Below, in pieces: positions 28,140-37,133 of a DNA stretch of 64,000 bases (positions are counted from its first letter, which is position 1; every line of letters begins with the position of its first letter). The notes beneath the pieces were generated by a model. The model worked only from the letters and a program-made list of their open reading frames with translations. It was not told where the DNA came from and did not search any database. A program made the position numbers and the translations under genes. Source of the DNA: Clostridia bacterium (GTDB lineage: Bacteria; Bacillota; Clostridia; Christensenellales; CAG-917); the NCBI GenBank assembly GCA_900763875.1, contig CAAFLX010000035.1, positions 14,553 through 78,552 on the forward strand, written 5' to 3'.

Positions 28140-28233
28140 ACCGTGGGTACCTGCCGATTAACAATTCGTAGCCCCTGCAAAACAGAATCGTTTTGCGGAC
28201 AAAATGTCGGCGGTTCGAATCCGGCCAACTCCA
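28140..28233 (+). pseudogene. Decayed tRNA-like remnant (copy of the tRNA-Thr 3' half)
   Basis: GTCGGCGGTTCGAATCCGGCCAACTCCA (28206-28233) versus tRNA-Thr GTCGCCGGTTCGAATCCGGCCACTAGCTCCA. ATTCGTA (28164-28170) resembles the anticodon loop. No acceptor 5' strand, and the T stem is broken by a C-to-G change. Confidence 0.4.
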
Positions 28234-28234
28234 A

Positions 28235-28261
28235 ACACCCGTTTCGTCGGGTGTTTTTTTA
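28235..28261 (+). terminator. Rho-independent terminator after the tRNA-like remnant
   Basis: ACACCCG-TTTCGT-CGGGTGT followed by T7. Confidence 0.85.
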
Positions 28262-28486
28262 TGTTTTTCTTTTGATGTTTTTTTACCCCACTTGCTTATA
28301 TGTTATGAATACAGTATACAACTTACTTCGTAAGTTTATAAGCGTCGGGCGCGCGCGAAAGCTTATTATTACTTATAAAATAACGAAAATTATACAATAA
28401 ACAGTCGTGAAGAAGAGAGCTGAAAAATCGCTTTGTGTAAGTTGAAAAAAATCTCGAAAAATTTTCAAAAAAGTGTCATAAAAAGA

Positions 28487-28515
28487 TTGACATTTGGCAA
28501 ATATGGACATATACT
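28487..28515 (+). promoter_or_regulatory. Sigma-A promoter of the hrcA operon (TTGACA-17-TATACT)
   Basis: TTGACA 28487-28492, 17-nt spacer, TATACT 28510-28515, immediately before CIRCE. Confidence 0.7.
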
Positions 28516-28516
28516 G

Positions 28517-28543
28517 TTAGCAATCAAAGCAAAAGACTGCTAG
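28517..28543 (+). promoter_or_regulatory. CIRCE operator (HrcA binding site)
   Basis: TTAGCAATC-N9-GACTGCTAG versus consensus TTAGCACTC-N9-GAGTGCTAA (15/18), between the -10 box and hrcA. Confidence 0.8.
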
Positions 28544-28576
28544 CAATGGTCTTGAGCGAGAATACAAAGGTCGGTT

Positions 28577-29623
28577 ATGGGAAAAGAGTTGACTGAAAGG
28601 AAAAAAAGGATATTGCACGCATTGGTTGATTTGTATATCACGACAGGTCAGCCTGTGTCCAGCTCGGACATACAAAGCAAATATTTGCCCGAAGTCAGTT
28701 CGGCGACCGTAAGGGCGGAGCTTAGTGCGCTCGAAGCACTCGGATTTATCGAGCAACCCCACACCTCGGCAGGGCGAATACCTCTCAAGGACGCGTACAA
28801 GTTCTATGTCGAGAGCATAAGCGCATTCGAGGGCAATATGCTCACCGACCAAGAGACCGCACTCATTCGCGACAAGTTTATGAACAAGTTGGGCAAGATA
28901 TCGGATATGTCGATTGCGGCGGCGAAAATCATAAGCGACGTGACAAACTACACCTCGTTCACCGTCAAAAAGAGTTCGCAGAGCATCGTGATTGAAGAAA
29001 TCAAGCTCGTGCCTTTGAAAAACGGAAAAGCGGTTGTGCTTATCGTCACCGATAGCGGTATGATTGCCGACAAAGCCATCGACGTGCCCGAGGACGTGAA
29101 AGCAGAGTATATCGAGACGGCAACCAAGGTGCTGAACAAGGTTTTTCAAGGCAAAAACATCAAGGATATGGACAAGTTCGACCTTGCCGAAATCGATGTT
29201 GAGCTGAAAGGTTTCGAGGACATACTTGACGACGTGCTGGGCATACTTCGCATATACCTATCAGAGCATAGCGAAAGAAACGTGTTTGTCGAGGGCGCGC
29301 TCAAAATGCTCGATTATCCCGAATACAACAACGTTGAGGACGCAAAAAACTTCCTCTCAGTCATCACGGACAAGGAGAATATCGGCGACTTGCTCTCAAA
29401 CGAGGACGGCGCAATCGAGTTTTCGGTGAGAATCGGCAAAGAGGAGAGAGGCGTTGACAAATGCGCAATCATCACGGCAACCTACAAGGTTGGCGACGAA
29501 GTGGTTGGCGAGGCGGGCGTCATAGGCCCTGAGCGTATGGACTACAAAAAGGTTATCGGCGTTTTGGACTGTATGAAAAAAACCATTGCCGGCATTGCAG
29601 ACAACAATAAGGACGAAGAATAA
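28577..29623 (+). CDS. hrcA: Heat-inducible transcription repressor HrcA
   Basis: 348 aa. ERKKRILHALVDLYITTGQPVSS winged-helix N-terminus. First gene of hrcA-grpE-dnaK-dnaJ. Confidence 0.95.
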   Translation: MGKELTERKKRILHALVDLYITTGQPVSSSDIQSKYLPEVSSATVRAELSALEALGFIEQPHTSAGRIPLKDAYKFYVESISAFEGNMLTDQETALIRDKFMNKLGKISDMSIAAAKIISDVTNYTSFTVKKSSQSIVIEEIKLVPLKNGKAVVLIVTDSGMIADKAIDVPEDVKAEYIETATKVLNKVFQGKNIKDMDKFDLAEIDVELKGFEDILDDVLGILRIYLSEHSERNVFVEGALKMLDYPEYNNVEDAKNFLSVITDKENIGDLLSNEDGAIEFSVRIGKEERGVDKCAIITATYKVGDEVVGEAGVIGPERMDYKKVIGVLDCMKKTIAGIADNNKDEE

Positions 29624-29624
29624 A

Positions 29625-30197
29625 ATGAAAGACAAAGACAAGAAAGCAACACTTGAAACCGAAAGCGTCGAGGCGCAAGAGCAAGAAGAAACCGCAAAAT
29701 CCGTCGAGATTGACAGAGAGGGATTGAGCGACGAGCAATATATCGCGGCTCTTGAAGAAAGGCTCGGACAGGCAATCGCAGAGGCTGAAACCTGCAAGGG
29801 ATTGACTCAAAGATTGCAAGCGGACTTCGACAACTACAGAAAGCGCAACAACTCGATTGCAGAAGATATGAAATTGCTTGGCGAATCGGTGGTGATTGAA
29901 AAGATGCTCACCGTGCTTGACAACTGCGACCTTGCAAGGACGTATCTCAAAGACGAGGCGGCTCTTACGGGATTCAATATGATGGAAGGACAAATCCTCT
30001 CGGCTTTGGGCGGATTCGGACTCAAAGAAGTGGAGGCTCTTGACAAAGACTTCGACGCAAAGTTTATGAACGCGGTTGAAAGAGTCAAGGACGAGCAAAA
30101 ACAAGGCAAGGTTGTCGAGGTGCTTGCAAAGGGCTATATGCTCGGCGCAAAACTTCTTCGCCCGTCAAGCGTCAAAGTGGGATACTGGGAAGAGTGA
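29625..30197 (+). CDS. grpE: Nucleotide exchange factor GrpE
   Basis: ATG 29625, 2 nt after the hrcA stop; the ORF track start is 29586. Acidic coiled-coil N-terminus, RLQADFDNYRKR motif, C-terminal beta domain. Confidence 0.9.
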   Translation: MKDKDKKATLETESVEAQEQEETAKSVEIDREGLSDEQYIAALEERLGQAIAEAETCKGLTQRLQADFDNYRKRNNSIAEDMKLLGESVVIEKMLTVLDNCDLARTYLKDEAALTGFNMMEGQILSALGGFGLKEVEALDKDFDAKFMNAVERVKDEQKQGKVVEVLAKGYMLGAKLLRPSSVKVGYWEE

Positions 30198-30370
30198 CGT
30201 CTTGCACAAGCAAACACGATATAGCAAAGATAAAAGATGGCAAACAACGCCGAGCAATATAAATAACCCGGCAACGTAAACAATCAAGATATTTCCGCAC
30301 AAAATGCGAAAACATAAAAATATAAAGAAAATAAGTTTCTTCCCGTCAAAGCGGGAAAAGGAGTAAGAAT

Positions 30371-32212
30371 ATGGGAAAGATTATCGGTATTGACCTTGGC
30401 ACGACAAACTCGTGCGTAGCAGTTATGGAAGGCGGTGAAGCGGTGGTTATCCCCAACGCCGAAGGTATGAGAACGACTCCGTCTGTCGTCGCGTTCACAA
30501 AGGACGGCGAAAGACTCGTCGGCGAAATCGCAAAACGTCAAGCGGTGGCAAACCCCGACCATACCGTAAGTTCCATCAAAAGAGAGATGGGCTCCGACTA
30601 CAAGGTGAAAATTGATAGCAAGGAATACACACCTCAAGAAATCTCCGCTATGATTTTGACAAAGCTCAAAAACGACGCGGAAAAATATCTCGGCGAAAAG
30701 GTCACGGAAGCGGTTATCACCGTTCCTGCATACTTCACCGACTCTCAACGTCAAGCAACCAAGGACGCAGGCAAAATCGCAGGACTCGAAGTGAAGCGTA
30801 TCATCAACGAGCCTACGGCGGCGGCTTTGGCATACGGCATCGACAAGGACGAAAATAAGAACCAAAAAGTGCTTATCTTCGACCTCGGCGGCGGCACGTT
30901 CGACGTTTCTATCCTCGAGCTTGGCGACGGCGTGTTTGAAGTTTTGGCAACCGCGGGCAACAACCGCTTGGGCGGCGACGACTTCGACAAACGCGTTATG
31001 GATTGGATTGTAAGCGAGTTCAAGAGAGAACACGGCGTTGACCTCACCAAAGACAAAATGGCAATGCAACGTATCAAAGAAGCGGCTGAAAAGGCGAAAA
31101 TCGACTTGTCCGGCGTGACCAAAGCAAAGATTTCGCTCCCGTTCATCGCAATGGAAAACGGCGTGCCCATGCACCTCGATATGGAGCTTACAAGAGCAAA
31201 ATTCGACTCCCTCACCGAGGATCTCGTCAAGGCAACTCAAGGCCCGATGCAACAAGCTCTCAAAGACGCGGGACTTTCTTACAGCGACATCGCAAAGGTC
31301 ATCATGGTTGGTGGCTCGACTCGTGTGCCTGCCGTGTATGAATCCGTCAAACGCCTCACCGGCAAAGACCCGTACAAGGGAATCAACCCCGACGAGTGCG
31401 TGGCTTTGGGCGCGGCAATCCAAGGCGGCGTGCTTGCAGGCGAAGTGAAAGATATGCTCTTGCTTGACGTCACTCCGTTGTCGCTCGGCATCGAAACGCT
31501 CGGCGGCGTATGCACCAAACTCATCGACAGAAACACCACCATTCCTACAAGCAAATCGCAAGTGTTCAGCACCGCGGCTGACAATCAAACCGCTGTTGAC
31601 ATTCACGTTTTGCAAGGTGAAAGACAATTTGCTCGCGACAACAAGACTCTTGGCAGATTCGAGCTTGTCGGCATCGCTCCCGCACCGCGCGGAATTCCGC
31701 AAATCGAAGTCACTTTCGACATCGACGCAAACGGCATCGTATCCGTCAAGGCTTGCGACAAGGCAACGGGCAAATCTCAATCAATCACCATCACCGCGTC
31801 TTCAAACCTCACCGAGGCAGACATCGATGCAGCCGTCAAGGACGCAGAGAAGTACGCCGAAGAGGACAAGAAACGTAGGGCGGTTGTGGACGCAAAGAAC
31901 AACGCCGAACAACTCATCTTTGCAGTTGACAAATTCGTGAGCGAGAACGGCGACAAGCTCGAAGAGGCGGACAAGACTCAAGTCACCGACGCAACCAAGG
32001 TTGCATCCGAGGAGCTTGCAAAGGCAGAGACCGAGGACGACGTCAAGAACGTTGTTGAAACTCTCACCAAAGTGACAGATCCTATCTTCACGAAATTCTA
32101 TCAACAAAACCCCGAAGCGGCAGCTGAGGCTGCAAAGCAAGCGGGCATCAATCCCGAGGACTTCCAAGGCGGCGAAAACCCCGACGGAAGCGTGGACGGA
32201 ACTGTTGACTAA
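30371..32212 (+). CDS. dnaK: Molecular chaperone DnaK (Hsp70)
   Basis: 613 aa. [25 protein letters not shown] Hsp70 signatures; RBS AAGGAG. Confidence 0.98.
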   Translation: MGKIIGIDLGTTNSCVAVMEGGEAVVIPNAEGMRTTPSVVAFTKDGERLVGEIAKRQAVANPDHTVSSIKREMGSDYKVKIDSKEYTPQEISAMILTKLKNDAEKYLGEKVTEAVITVPAYFTDSQRQATKDAGKIAGLEVKRIINEPTAAALAYGIDKDENKNQKVLIFDLGGGTFDVSILELGDGVFEVLATAGNNRLGGDDFDKRVMDWIVSEFKREHGVDLTKDKMAMQRIKEAAEKAKIDLSGVTKAKISLPFIAMENGVPMHLDMELTRAKFDSLTEDLVKATQGPMQQALKDAGLSYSDIAKVIMVGGSTRVPAVYESVKRLTGKDPYKGINPDECVALGAAIQGGVLAGEVKDMLLLDVTPLSLGIETLGGVCTKLIDRNTTIPTSKSQVFSTAADNQTAVDIHVLQGERQFARDNKTLGRFELVGIAPAPRGIPQIEVTFDIDANGIVSVKACDKATGKSQSITITASSNLTEADIDAAVKDAEKYAEEDKKRRAVVDAKNNAEQLIFAVDKFVSENGDKLEEADKTQVTDATKVASEELAKAETEDDVKNVVETLTKVTDPIFTKFYQQNPEAAAEAAKQAGINPEDFQGGENPDGSVDGTVD

Positions 32213-32350
32213 TCTCAACGATATGCAAAATAGGTCTAGGCGCAACGGGCAACCGTTGCGCCAAGGCGTATAAAAGAAGTCGATTTTCGGCTCTATCGCG
32301 CAAGGCGCACAAATACGAAAAAAGGCAACCGCTAGGTTGAAAAATAGATT

Positions 32351-33505
32351 ATGGCAGCAAAGAATTATTACGAAATACTCGGCGTTGAAAAAACCGCAAA
32401 TGCCGACGAGTTGAAACTCGCCTATCGTAAACTCGCAAAGAAGTATCACCCCGATATGTATGTGTCGGCAAGCGAGCAGGAAAAAAAGGACGCAGAGGCA
32501 AAATTCAAGGATATAAACCACGCCTACGAAGTGCTTTCCGACCCTCAAAAGCGCGCCGCATACGACACTTACGGCGATGAGAACGGGCCGCAAATGGGCG
32601 CAGGCGGTTTCGGTGGCGGCAGCGGATTCGGCGCAGGCGGTTTCGGATTCGATATGGACGACATTTTCTCGTCGATATTCTCCGGATTCGGTGGCGGTGC
32701 GTCGCGCGCCCAACGCTCCAACGCTCCCCAAAGAGGGCAGGATATCCTCGTGGGCGTTACGATTACATTTGAGGAAGCGGCGTTCGGCACTCAAAAAACC
32801 GTCAGCGTCAAGAGAGTGGAAAACTGCGCCGAATGTAAGGGGACGGGCGCAAAGGACGGCACGGCGTTCAGAGTTTGCTCGCAATGCAAGGGTAGCGGCA
32901 GAGTCACTATGACTCAACGCACGCCTTTTGGTCAGGTCAGCACGCAAGGCGTTTGTCCCTCTTGCCACGGCACGGGTAAAATCATCACCGAAAAATGCCC
33001 CAAATGCGGCGGCATCGGGCACTTTGACAAAGTGCAAGACGTCAAGGTCAATATTCCTGCAGGCATAGATTCGGGTCAACGCGTCAGATACGAGAACGAA
33101 GGTCACGCAGGCACGAACGGCGGCGAGAAGGGCAGTTTGTACGTCGAAGTGCGCGTTGCTCCTCACAAACTCTTTGTGAGAAACGGGTTCGATATTTTTC
33201 TCGAAGTGCCCGTGTCAATCGTTGAGGCAACTCTCGGCACAACAATTTCAGTGCCCACGCTGTACGGCAACAAAGAGGTCAAAATTCCCGAAGGTACGCA
33301 AAGCGGCACGGTGTTTACAATCAAAAATTACGGCATAAAGAAACTCAAAGGCGCAGGCAAGGGCGATATGTTCGTCAAGGTCGTCGTCGAAGTGCCAAAG
33401 AGTGTGAGCAAGGAGCAAAAAGAGTTTTTGAAGAGATTTGATCAAATCACCGACCAAAAGAAACAGTACCCTTTGAAAAAGTCGTACGACGAAAAAGCAA
33501 AATAA
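32351..33505 (+). CDS. dnaJ: Co-chaperone DnaJ
   Basis: 384 aa. J domain with HPD, G/F-rich linker, four CxxCxGxG zinc-finger repeats. Confidence 0.95.
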   Translation: MAAKNYYEILGVEKTANADELKLAYRKLAKKYHPDMYVSASEQEKKDAEAKFKDINHAYEVLSDPQKRAAYDTYGDENGPQMGAGGFGGGSGFGAGGFGFDMDDIFSSIFSGFGGGASRAQRSNAPQRGQDILVGVTITFEEAAFGTQKTVSVKRVENCAECKGTGAKDGTAFRVCSQCKGSGRVTMTQRTPFGQVSTQGVCPSCHGTGKIITEKCPKCGGIGHFDKVQDVKVNIPAGIDSGQRVRYENEGHAGTNGGEKGSLYVEVRVAPHKLFVRNGFDIFLEVPVSIVEATLGTTISVPTLYGNKEVKIPEGTQSGTVFTIKNYGIKKLKGAGKGDMFVKVVVEVPKSVSKEQKEFLKRFDQITDQKKQYPLKKSYDEKAK

Positions 33506-33559
33506 CAAAAACACACGAAAGCGGCAATCTAAACCGCTCAAATGTCAGAGTGATATAAG

Positions 33560-34465
33560 ATGAAATACAAAACGATAACGGTTTTTACAAACCATAACGA
33601 CGCCGACCTCATCTCGTCAGCCATGTTTGACGCAGGTGCGGGCGGTGTTTCAATTTTGGACAAACAAGACTTCCTCGACCTCGTCAAAAGCGACGTGATT
33701 TGGGACTATGTGGACGAAAGCGTGCTTGAACAAAGCGAAGTCGTCAAAGTTTCCACTATGTGCGACCCTGACGATAACGATTTTTTTGAAAATCTGCAAT
33801 CCAACCTCGAAGATTTGAAAGAGAACGGAGTGCAATTCGGCGAGATTTTGATTGGCGAAATCGATGCAGCCGACTATGAAAACGAGTGGAAAAAATATTA
33901 TACCCCCATACAAACCAAAAACATCACAATCGTGCCCACTTGGATTGACTACAAGGCGAGCGAGGGTGAAAAAATAATGCGCCTCGACCCCGGTATGGCG
34001 TTCGGCACAGGCTCTCACGCAACGACGAGAATGTGCCTCGAACTTATGGACGTTCTTGGCAAAGACGTTATTGACGTCGGTTGCGGAAGCGGAATTTTGG
34101 GTATTGCGGCAAAGATTTGCGGCGCAAAGAGCGTTTATATGTGCGACATTGACGAGCAAGCCGTGGAGTTTGCAGCCAAAAATGCCGCATTAAACCGCGT
34201 TGAAGCAACAATCGAAAAAGCCGATTTGCTCGAAGGCGAACAACAAGCCGACTTTATTTTTGCCAACATTACAGCAGACATTCTTATGCGTTTTTCAAAG
34301 AGTATCGGCAAGCATTTGCGCAAAAACGGCACAATCGTGTTGTCGGGTATCATTGACACGCGACTTGACGAAGTGTTACAATGCTACCAAGATGCCGGTT
34401 ATGAGATTGTAGAGCGTATGGCTATGGACGATTGGCGCGCGCTCAAACTCAAAAGAAGGACATAA
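33560..34465 (+). CDS. prmA: Ribosomal protein L11 methyltransferase
   Basis: 301 aa. PGMAFGTGSHATT and DVGCGSGILGIAA SAM motif. Conserved position after dnaJ. Confidence 0.9.
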   Translation: MKYKTITVFTNHNDADLISSAMFDAGAGGVSILDKQDFLDLVKSDVIWDYVDESVLEQSEVVKVSTMCDPDDNDFFENLQSNLEDLKENGVQFGEILIGEIDAADYENEWKKYYTPIQTKNITIVPTWIDYKASEGEKIMRLDPGMAFGTGSHATTRMCLELMDVLGKDVIDVGCGSGILGIAAKICGAKSVYMCDIDEQAVEFAAKNAALNRVEATIEKADLLEGEQQADFIFANITADILMRFSKSIGKHLRKNGTIVLSGIIDTRLDEVLQCYQDAGYEIVERMAMDDWRALKLKRRT

Positions 34466-34568
34466 TCCGCACTTTGGCTTTGCGATTTTGGTTTGATTTT
34501 CCCATCGAAATTCAATGCGAAAATTGCAAATAGAACAAAGTAAAATATCAAAACGAGCCGATTAGAAT

Positions 34569-35294
34569 ATGGAAATTAGAAGATTTTTTGTCAATCCGCA
34601 AGATATTTGCGCAAACGGTGAAATCATCGTCTTTGGCGATGAGTTTGCCCATATGGCCAAGGTTTTGCGCTATAAGGTCGGCTACAAAGCACTCGTGTGC
34701 GCCAACGACGGAATCGAACGACTTTGCACGATAAAACAAATTGACAAAGACAAGGCGATTTTGACGGTGGACGAGCAGAGAGTGCAAGACAAAAAAAGCG
34801 TGCACGTCACGCTTTTTGCAGGTCTTTTGAAGAACAACAAACTGGATTTTGCCATTCAAAAGGCGGTGGAACTTGGCATTGACGAGGTGCGCCCGTTCTT
34901 GTCCGACAACACGGCGGAAACCAAATTTTCGGTGGATAGAGCAAACAAAATCGCGCTCGAAGCGGCAAAACAATGCGGCTCGGCGTATTTGACCGAGGTC
35001 AAAGACCTTTGCGATTTCGATGAGATTGTCGAATCGTTTTGCAACTTTGACAGAGTGCTGTTTGCCTATGAATACGAAAAGAAAAACCGCATCAAAGATT
35101 GCGATTTGCAGGGCAAAAACATTGCGCTCGTCGTGGGTGCAGAGGGCGGTTTTTCAGAGAATGAGGCGCAAAAAGCAAAGGATAACGGCGCGCAAATCGT
35201 CACGCTCGGCAAGCGCATTTTGCGTGCGGAAACCGCCTCGATCGTGTCGTCCGCATTGCTTTTGGACGCTCTTGGAGAACTTGATTATGACTGA
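34569..35294 (+). CDS. rsmE: 16S rRNA (uracil1498-N3)-methyltransferase RsmE
   Basis: 241 aa. RFFV start, PUA-like N-terminus, C-terminal GAEGGFS...LGKRILRAETA SPOUT motif. Confidence 0.85.
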   Translation: MEIRRFFVNPQDICANGEIIVFGDEFAHMAKVLRYKVGYKALVCANDGIERLCTIKQIDKDKAILTVDEQRVQDKKSVHVTLFAGLLKNNKLDFAIQKAVELGIDEVRPFLSDNTAETKFSVDRANKIALEAAKQCGSAYLTEVKDLCDFDEIVESFCNFDRVLFAYEYEKKNRIKDCDLQGKNIALVVGAEGGFSENEAQKAKDNGAQIVTLGKRILRAETASIVSSALLLDALGELDYD

Positions 35295-36576
35295 CAAACT
35301 TCCCAAAATTTCGGTTTTTACACTTGGTTGCAAAGTGAATCAATATGATACGGACGCTATGCTCGCCATTTTCGAGCATGCAGGCTTTGAAATCACCGAG
35401 GGGCTTGAATTTGCCGACGTTTACGTTGTCAATTCCTGCGCCGTCACCGCCGAGGCAGAGAAGAAATCTCGTCAATCGGTGGCGAGAATCCTCAAAGTCA
35501 ATCCGAAAGCGAAGATTTTTGTGTGCGGTTGCGCCTCTCAAAACAACTTTTCGCAATTTGCAAAAAACAACGTTCAATACATATCCGGCACTGACGGCAA
35601 GCTCGATTTCGCTCGCAAAATCGTGGAAGAATTCAAGGGCGATATTGAACAGTTTGACAAAATCGTGCCCGATAAATTTGATATTTCGTCGGTTTTCGAG
35701 GACAATGACGGCATTGTAAATTTGCGCACGAGGCATTTTATCAAGGTGCAGGACGGGTGTAACAATTTTTGCAGTTATTGCCTGATACCATATGTGCGCG
35801 GCAGAAGTCGCTCGCGCGCGCTAGATAGCATAGAGCGTGAGCTTGACGAGGTCAAATCGGTTGCAAAAGAGGTTGTCGTGACGGGCATCAACCTGTCCGC
35901 ATACGGCAAAGACAACGGCTCGTCGCTCACACAACTTATGAAAATGCTCTCGAAATATGAGTTTTCGGTGCGCCTCGGCTCGCTTGAAGTCGGCGTAATC
36001 ACCAAGGAGTTTTTGGACGCGACAAAACTTGTAAAAAGATTTTGTCCGCACTTTCATCTCTCCTTGCAAAGCGGCGACAACAGCGTGCTTAAAGCGATGA
36101 ATCGCCACTACACTTGCGATGAGTACTATGCCGCGGTTCGGCTCATTCGCGAGTATTATCAAGATCCTGCAATCACCACCGACATCATCGTCGGATTTCC
36201 GACGGAAGGTGAGATCGAGTTTGAAAACAGCATGAATTTTGCAAGAAAAGTGGGCTTTTCCGACATACACGTTTTCCCCTATTCGTCACGCCGCGGCACG
36301 GTGGCAGGGCGTATGGCGACGCTTTCGCCCGAAGTCGTTCTCGACAGACAAAAGCGTATGAGTGCGTTGAAGCACGAGCTTGTTGGCAACTACCTCAACA
36401 AGCAAATCGGCATGCCTACAAACGTGCTTTTTGAAACTCAATCTAGGGGAGTGTGGTGCGGACATTCGCCAAACTACGTCAAAGTCTATTCAAAATCGGG
36501 CGCACACAACGAAACAAGGCTCGTCAAGCCGACGCACCTCTATCTGGACGGCGTTGCCGACGACACCGTAAAATAA
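35287..36576 (+). CDS. mtaB: tRNA ms2t6A methylthiotransferase MtaB (radical SAM)
   Basis: ATG 35287 overlaps the rsmE stop (ATGACTGA); the ORF track start is 35020. FTLGCKVNQYD UPF0004 domain, radical-SAM CNNFCSYC, TRAM-like C-terminus. Confidence 0.85.
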   Translation: MTDKLPKISVFTLGCKVNQYDTDAMLAIFEHAGFEITEGLEFADVYVVNSCAVTAEAEKKSRQSVARILKVNPKAKIFVCGCASQNNFSQFAKNNVQYISGTDGKLDFARKIVEEFKGDIEQFDKIVPDKFDISSVFEDNDGIVNLRTRHFIKVQDGCNNFCSYCLIPYVRGRSRSRALDSIERELDEVKSVAKEVVVTGINLSAYGKDNGSSLTQLMKMLSKYEFSVRLGSLEVGVITKEFLDATKLVKRFCPHFHLSLQSGDNSVLKAMNRHYTCDEYYAAVRLIREYYQDPAITTDIIVGFPTEGEIEFENSMNFARKVGFSDIHVFPYSSRRGTVAGRMATLSPEVVLDRQKRMSALKHELVGNYLNKQIGMPTNVLFETQSRGVWCGHSPNYVKVYSKSGAHNETRLVKPTHLYLDGVADDTVK

Positions 36577-36595
36577 AATTATCAAAGGAGAAATT

Positions 36596-36937
36596 ATGGA
36601 CAACTGCATTTTTTGTAAAATCGTCAACGGAGAAATCCCATCGACCAAGCTCTATGAAGACGACGATATGATTATCATCAAAGACCTCAATCCCCAAGCC
36701 CCCGTGCATCTTTTGCTCATTCCCAAACAGCACTATGCCGACATCGTCGAAATGAGCGATTCTCAAGCGCAAACGCTTGCAAAATGCCTCAAAAAACTTT
36801 CCACTCTCACCGACTCTCTTGGCTTGCAAAACGGTTTCCGCCTCGTTTCCAACACAGGTTTTGACGGTTGTCAATCTGTCAATCACTTGCATGTGCATAT
36901 TCTTGGCGGAACAAAACTCTCCGACACCATGTGCTAA
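36596..36937 (+). CDS. HIT family (histidine triad) protein
   Basis: 113 aa, CIFCKI start, HLHVHILGG triad, RBS AAAGGAGA. Confidence 0.85.
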   Translation: MDNCIFCKIVNGEIPSTKLYEDDDMIIIKDLNPQAPVHLLLIPKQHYADIVEMSDSQAQTLAKCLKKLSTLTDSLGLQNGFRLVSNTGFDGCQSVNHLHVHILGGTKLSDTMC

Positions 36938-37082
36938 AACCGCGCTATTGAGCGAATAACTGCGTCAATACCCCTTGCCCATCAACTCACGTACTCAATG
37001 TACGCTAGGGTTGCTGTTCAAGGGGTGTTTCCTTGTTCTTCATCTCAATAGTGTGATTTTTAATAATTTTCGCATAAAAATG

Positions 37083-37120
37083 CAACTCCCCACCGACCTA
37101 TGGTGGGGAGTTGTGTTTTT
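37083..37120. terminator. Bidirectional rho-independent terminator
   Basis: CAACTCCCCACC-GACCTAT-GGTGGGGAGTTG (12-bp stem) with a T-run on the plus strand and TTTTTAT on the minus strand. Lies between the convergent hit gene and the 1528-aa gene. Confidence 0.8.
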
Positions 37121-37133
37121 GCGCATTTAGTGA

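Noticed and set aside
28140-28233. Second functional tRNA, possibly with a long variable arm or an intron
   Set aside because: No 5' acceptor strand complementary to the 3' end could be found. The T stem has a disruptive C-to-G change, and an insert of about 34 nt is too long for a variable arm and too short for a group I intron. It is treated as a decayed remnant.
28143-28400. 85-aa ORF downstream of tRNA-Thr
   Set aside because: It spans the tRNA-like remnant and a strong terminator, and continues into an AT-rich spacer. It has no RBS and a low-complexity translation.
30336-30363. Hairpin TTCCCG-TCAAAG-CGGGAA just upstream of the dnaK Shine-Dalgarno as a possible RNA thermometer
   Set aside because: The stem ends immediately 5' of the AAGGAG SD and does not sequester it. 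Extending the pairing into the SD needs mismatches and G-U pairs. CIRCE/HrcA control upstream already explains heat regulation.
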